Shown: piece by piece, positions 63,569 through 64,000 of the stretch | Layout: the number at the start of each line of letters is the position of its first letter | How positions within the stretch are numbered: position 1 is the stretch's first letter | NCBI RefSeq assembly: GCF_902459465.1 | Contig: NC_047063.1 | Coordinates: 16,988,001-17,052,000 of the forward strand | Direction of reading: 5' to 3' | DNA from: Asterias rubens | Taxonomy: Eukaryota | Length of the DNA: 64,000 nt | Made by a program: the position numbers and the translations under genes | Notes under the pieces: generated by a model | The model's database searches: none | Seen by the model: only the letters and a program-made list of their open reading frames with translations | Told to the model about the DNA's origin: nothing

Positions 63569-64000
63569 CTGGAGATAACACGTCTGCCGTCGATTTCACA
63601 AAGAGTTAGGACTCGTCATATCTCGAATTAGGACGAGTAACTCGTCCTAACTTAGGATTAATCTTAATGCCTGCATGCTACAGTGCAGGGTTGAGACTCG
63701 TCCTAAGTCCTAAGATTAGTCTTAAGTTAGGAAGAGTTTTGTGATATCGACGGCAGTTTGTAGATGTGGTAAAGGTCCTATAAAGTATATTCATCTATGA
63801 AACAATGAACCATAAAAACATCATATGTAGTAAGGAATGTAATCAATTATGGAATGTTTAGAATTCAGGCATACTAATATATTATTCTTCCTTTAATTTT
63901 AAGTCTGTCAGCTCTTTTACTTTTAAACTAAAGGTTTGGAAGGCCGAACAAACTTCCTGATTATTAACCATGAGGATACAAGATAATTGATTTTCAATCC

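Overview
AT-rich animal genomic DNA with spliceosomal introns and one 273-nt N gap (4736-5008). The repeat content looks echinoderm/sea-star-like, which is an impression rather than a database result. (1) On +, 935-23374 holds the last 21 coding exons of a divergent plexin (IPT domains, TM helix, split GAP domain with both catalytic-Arg motifs, RBD); its 5' end lies upstream of the window. (2) On -, 46886-32310 holds a complete 18-exon gene that I assembled by hand with consistent splice phases. It encodes a ~1096-aa secreted mosaic protein: signal peptide, several cadherin-like/Ig-like repeats resembling those of bacterial giant adhesins, with acidic, Trp/Pro-rich and WAP modules inserted inside the repeats, then TSP1 and a C-terminal cystine knot. 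(3) A probable head-to-head promoter at ~52.0-52.35 kb, with a + strand first exon resembling a signal peptide, and a tentative small spliced gene at 60.9-63.6 kb (-). Introns and intergenic DNA contain TTAA-flanked MITEs, tRNA-derived SINEs, hairpin elements and Penelope-type hammerhead-like motifs. The most notable observations are the mosaic secreted protein and several tandem duplications that multiply plexin splice sites, including six in-frame acceptors immediately before the GAP catalytic motif.
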